A stretch of DNA of 64,000 bases from NCBI GenBank assembly GCA_965214775.1, contig OZ243974.1:1248001-1312000 (forward strand), written 5' to 3'. Below are positions 60,933-64,000 of the stretch, in pieces; the first letter of the stretch is position 1; the number at the start of each line of letters is the position of its first letter. Below the pieces are notes generated by a model. That model saw only the letters and a list, made by a program, of their open reading frames with translations. It was not told the origin of the DNA and searched no databases. The position numbers and the translations under genes were made by a program. Source of the stretch: Nitrosopumilus sp. (GTDB lineage Archaea > Thermoproteota > Nitrososphaeria > Nitrososphaerales > Nitrosopumilaceae).

Positions 60933-62417
60933 AGACTTTATGCGTAATTGGAAAATCTGATCTAAAAATACAACACAACAGATCATGGTTTGCATACCTA
61001 CAACCATAAAGATCAGTAATGGTTCTCTAACGGTATGGGTTCAGATGTCGAGCTTGTCCAAACACTGCAAGAGCAAAACAAGAGTTTGGTAGAGCAAAAC
61101 GAGCATCTGAAGAGCAGGCTTGCGTTTGAGGACTCGCTGTGGCAGTCCGAAGAAAACAAGACAAAAAGAGTCGTGCGCGGCGGGACGCCTCTGCGGATGC
61201 ACGCAATCGAGGTTGCAGACGGCATAATCGGCGATCCGGTGCGCCTTTGCAACGTCACGGGATGCACAAAGGAGTCATTTGAGATCATACTGGAGCGCTT
61301 TACGGAAGAAGTCATGGACGACGAGGACAGGCCCCTGTTCTGGGAGGACGACGTAAGAGGCGGCGATGCCGGAAACCGGTGCAAGCTGTACATCAGGCAC
61401 GCGCTGCTTGCAGTACTCATGAGCATAAGGACCAAGGCAACGCAGCATCATCTGGCCGCGACATTTGACGTCGACCAGTCCACAATGTCCAGGTACCTCC
61501 GGTACGGTGCCGTGTTACTGCGCCAGCTCCTGCCTGCCTCCGAAAAGCTAACAAGCATCATCTGCAAGACCCCGGCAGGCAAGCTGGAGGAGGTGCTGAT
61601 CCCAAAAAAGACGCTCCTGATTGACGGCACCCTGACTCCGGTAGACAGGCCCGGGGACAGGACCGCAAGAAAGACCAGATACTCGGGAAGAAAAAAGCGG
61701 CACATGTTCAACACGATAATTACCTCGAACCTGGACGGCCTCATACTGCACTGCGGCAAGACTGTGGACGGAAGCGTCAACGACAAGGGCGTGATGAACG
61801 CAGGGGGCGGCCCGGACTTTGGAAGGCACACCGGATCAATGAGGAATGCAAAAAACGCAGACGATCCGGAAGAGGCGTTTGTGATTTACAGCGACCTGGG
61901 ATTTGAGGGCATTCAAAAGATGCTTCCGGGCGCCATACACAGGCAGCCCCCAAAGAAGCCCAGGGACGGGGATCTTACTGCAACGCAAAAGAGGCGCCGC
62001 AAGCAGATAAGCAGGGTCCGCGTCAGAGTGGAGCACCACATAGGGCGGCTCAAAAGATATGGCATTCTTACCATGCCGTTTGGCGGAACTGCCAAGGATC
62101 TAAACTATTTCATGCAGATAATCACGGGTCTTGAGAACCTCAAGACTATGCTGAAAAGGAAAAAACACTATGGCCAGCTGCTGCAGCAGCTGCATCTGCT
62201 GCCAGACACATGACATACGGCGGCACGGACCGCCATTCTTTCTGACTTGTCAAAGGGGCACATTGCCGTGCTGCATGGTTGCGCACGTTCTTTTGGCGCA
62301 ACTGGCTTTTACGTGCGTCATGACACGAGATGCATGCGGTAATTTGATCCGATCAGCGCATTTGCGTTTGGAAAAGCCTACGGAATTTTTAATCACGGTC
62401 GATTACGCATAAAGTCT
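60933..62417 (+). mobile_element. ISL2-like element, copy 2 (transposase 61035-62213)
   Basis: TIR agactttatgc. Near-identical to 35291-36825 except for the 5' part. Confidence 0.88.
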
Positions 62418-62725
62418 ATCATGCATATCCATACGACATCGGCAATAATAAAAGCAGCATGCCCAACTATCAATACTGGAGATGAGAAAAGATGGCCCTG
62501 CGTAATTCCTCCAACCAAAAAGCGTTCAAGAACACGTTTGCGCCCCACATAAGAAATGAGACGCTGACAGTAGTTGAACACATGATAAAAACACCCCCGC
62601 AGCGGTCATGGCGACGGATCAACCCCTTCTTTTTCATGTGCTTGGCGCACTAGTAGTTGAATGGGGTTCTCACCAATGTGCTTTGCGCACTGATGGATGA
62701 CTACAGCTTTTGGTTTGTCAAGACC

Positions 62726-62837
62726 AAGAGGAAAGAAACCGTCTGCGGTGACTCACCTCCTGCATGTCTATGCCGATAATTACGTCACCGTTAATCACGA
62801 AGAGGAAAGAAACCGTCTGCGGTGACTCACCTCCTGC
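62726..62837. repeat. Repeat-insert-repeat (38+36+38)
   Basis: aagaggaaagaaaccgtctgcggtgactcacctcctgc occurs twice. Confidence 0.9.
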
Positions 62838-62881
62838 CCCGCCACCCACCTATCATCTGGGAGGATATGGCCTGACCGCAC

Positions 62882-63198
62882 TGAGATGATCCGAAATTAG
62901 AAACCGTACGAATCTTTCATGTAATTTCACAGATAATCTGTATTTTGTTGATGTTTTGAGCTGATTTACGCAAATTTATTTACAAATAATCAGAATCTGC
63001 TAATTTCAAATCAACTCTCTGGGGGCGAGATTGTGGCGGCGGCACAGTATGCCGTCTCGATGTCGGCGTTAAGGTACTCCATGACTATCTCTACCTTGTC
63101 CTGCGTACTCTATATTTTCTTGGTCATATTTGCGATTCGACCTCCTGACTCAAAAAATATGCGGACAAAAGCATTCCTATTTTATGTGGTCCTCACCA
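62882..63198. mobile_element. MITE A (62882-63019) and an IS3 left-end remnant
   Basis: Similar to other family-A copies and to 29335-29515. Confidence 0.75.
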
Positions 63199-63350
63199 GG
63201 TTGCATGCGAGCTTGTCATGATGGCTCTATAAGAAGAAATCTTGCAGAGTACGGATTGCCGGCCCGCCGCCGTAGGGCCGTGATGACTTTTGCGGGTTTA
63301 CATTTGCGTCTACTGAACAGTTATTTGGATGTGTTGTGAGAGGAAAATCA

Positions 63351-64000
63351 TTGTCTCGTTCAAAACTAGTATCCTTTGGCAGCTTTGAATTAAGACTGAA
63401 TCATTTGCTTGTAATTTCCATACTTGCCATATCGTTCTCAACGTCCTTCCTAATTCGCTCTCAGGCCGCAGATTTTGGTTTTGAACTCTATGAATTTGAT
63501 CCATTTTTCAATTATCGTGCAACAGAATATCTCCTAGACAACGGAATTGATGCGTATTTTAACTGGAATGACGATCTAAGCTGGTATCCTTTGGGAAGAG
63601 ACGTGTCTGCAACTTCCCAAGTAATGCTACATATGACTGCCGCCTTTACATATTATCTGTTTGGAGCAAATTCATCCTTGTATGATTTTACTGTTGTTTT
63701 TCCTGTGGTGTTCGGCTCGTTGTCCTCAATTGTTATCTTTGCACTAGTTAGAGTTATTGGCGGAACAACTGCAGGTTTGATTGCCTCTCTGTTGTTTTCG
63801 CTATCCCTGCCAATTGTCATTAGAGGCCCTATTGGCTGGTTTAAATCAGAGCCCCTGGGAATATTTTTTGGCTTATTGTGCACCTATTTTTTGCTGAGTG
63901 GAATCAGTTCTAAAAACCCAAAAATTGCAGCAGGAAAAATTGCAGCAGGAGGAATTTTTGCCACCTTTGCCATATCTGCATGGGGAGGAAACCAATTCTT
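63351..64000 (+). CDS. aglB: Oligosaccharyltransferase AglB/STT3, runs off the window
   Basis: Own translation from TTG gives EFDPFFNYR, SWYPLGR, GWFKSE and SAWGG with multiple TM segments. Confidence 0.88.
   Translation, partial: MSRSKLVSFGSFELRLNHLLVISILAISFSTSFLIRSQAADFGFELYEFDPFFNYRATEYLLDNGIDAYFNWNDDLSWYPLGRDVSATSQVMLHMTAAFTYYLFGANSSLYDFTVVFPVVFGSLSSIVIFALVRVIGGTTAGLIASLLFSLSLPIVIRGPIGWFKSEPLGIFFGLLCTYFLLSGISSKNPKIAAGKIAAGGIFATFAISAWGGNQF

Noticed and set aside
1-64000. cas genes, reverse transcriptase or integrase explaining the insertions
   Set aside because: No ORF in the window shows Cas1, RT or tyrosine-recombinase motifs, so any such enzyme must be encoded elsewhere.

Overview
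Chromosomal segment of a Nitrosopumilaceae-like thaumarchaeon (inferred from CdvB, cbiTLF, PriSL, aIF2-gamma, S6e, AglB). AT-rich housekeeping blocks alternate with GC-richer accessory regions crowded with insertion sequences (IS5, ISL2-like, IS481, IS66, IS110, IS630, IS6, IS3, ISH3), at least eight MITE families and surface-glycan genes. The IS load suggests a host-associated lineage, which is inference. Main observation: eight unrelated loci carry an insertion with CRISPR geometry, namely a direct duplication of local sequence (31-44 bp exact, mostly 36-39) around a short foreign insert, always with a 72-74 bp period. The loci share no repeat consensus and no cas genes are visible in the window. 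One locus has grown into a three-repeat, two-spacer mini-array whose 37-nt spacer matches the resident IS630 transposase exactly. This resembles genome-wide ectopic spacer integration acting as a mutagen. Other highlights are two IS110 left ends whose putative bridge-RNA guide segments each match their own insertion junction, an IS6 element carrying a restriction-endonuclease relic, an island between tRNA-Gly and a decayed tRNA copy, and multi-level IS/MITE nests. All calls were made by eye without database searches.
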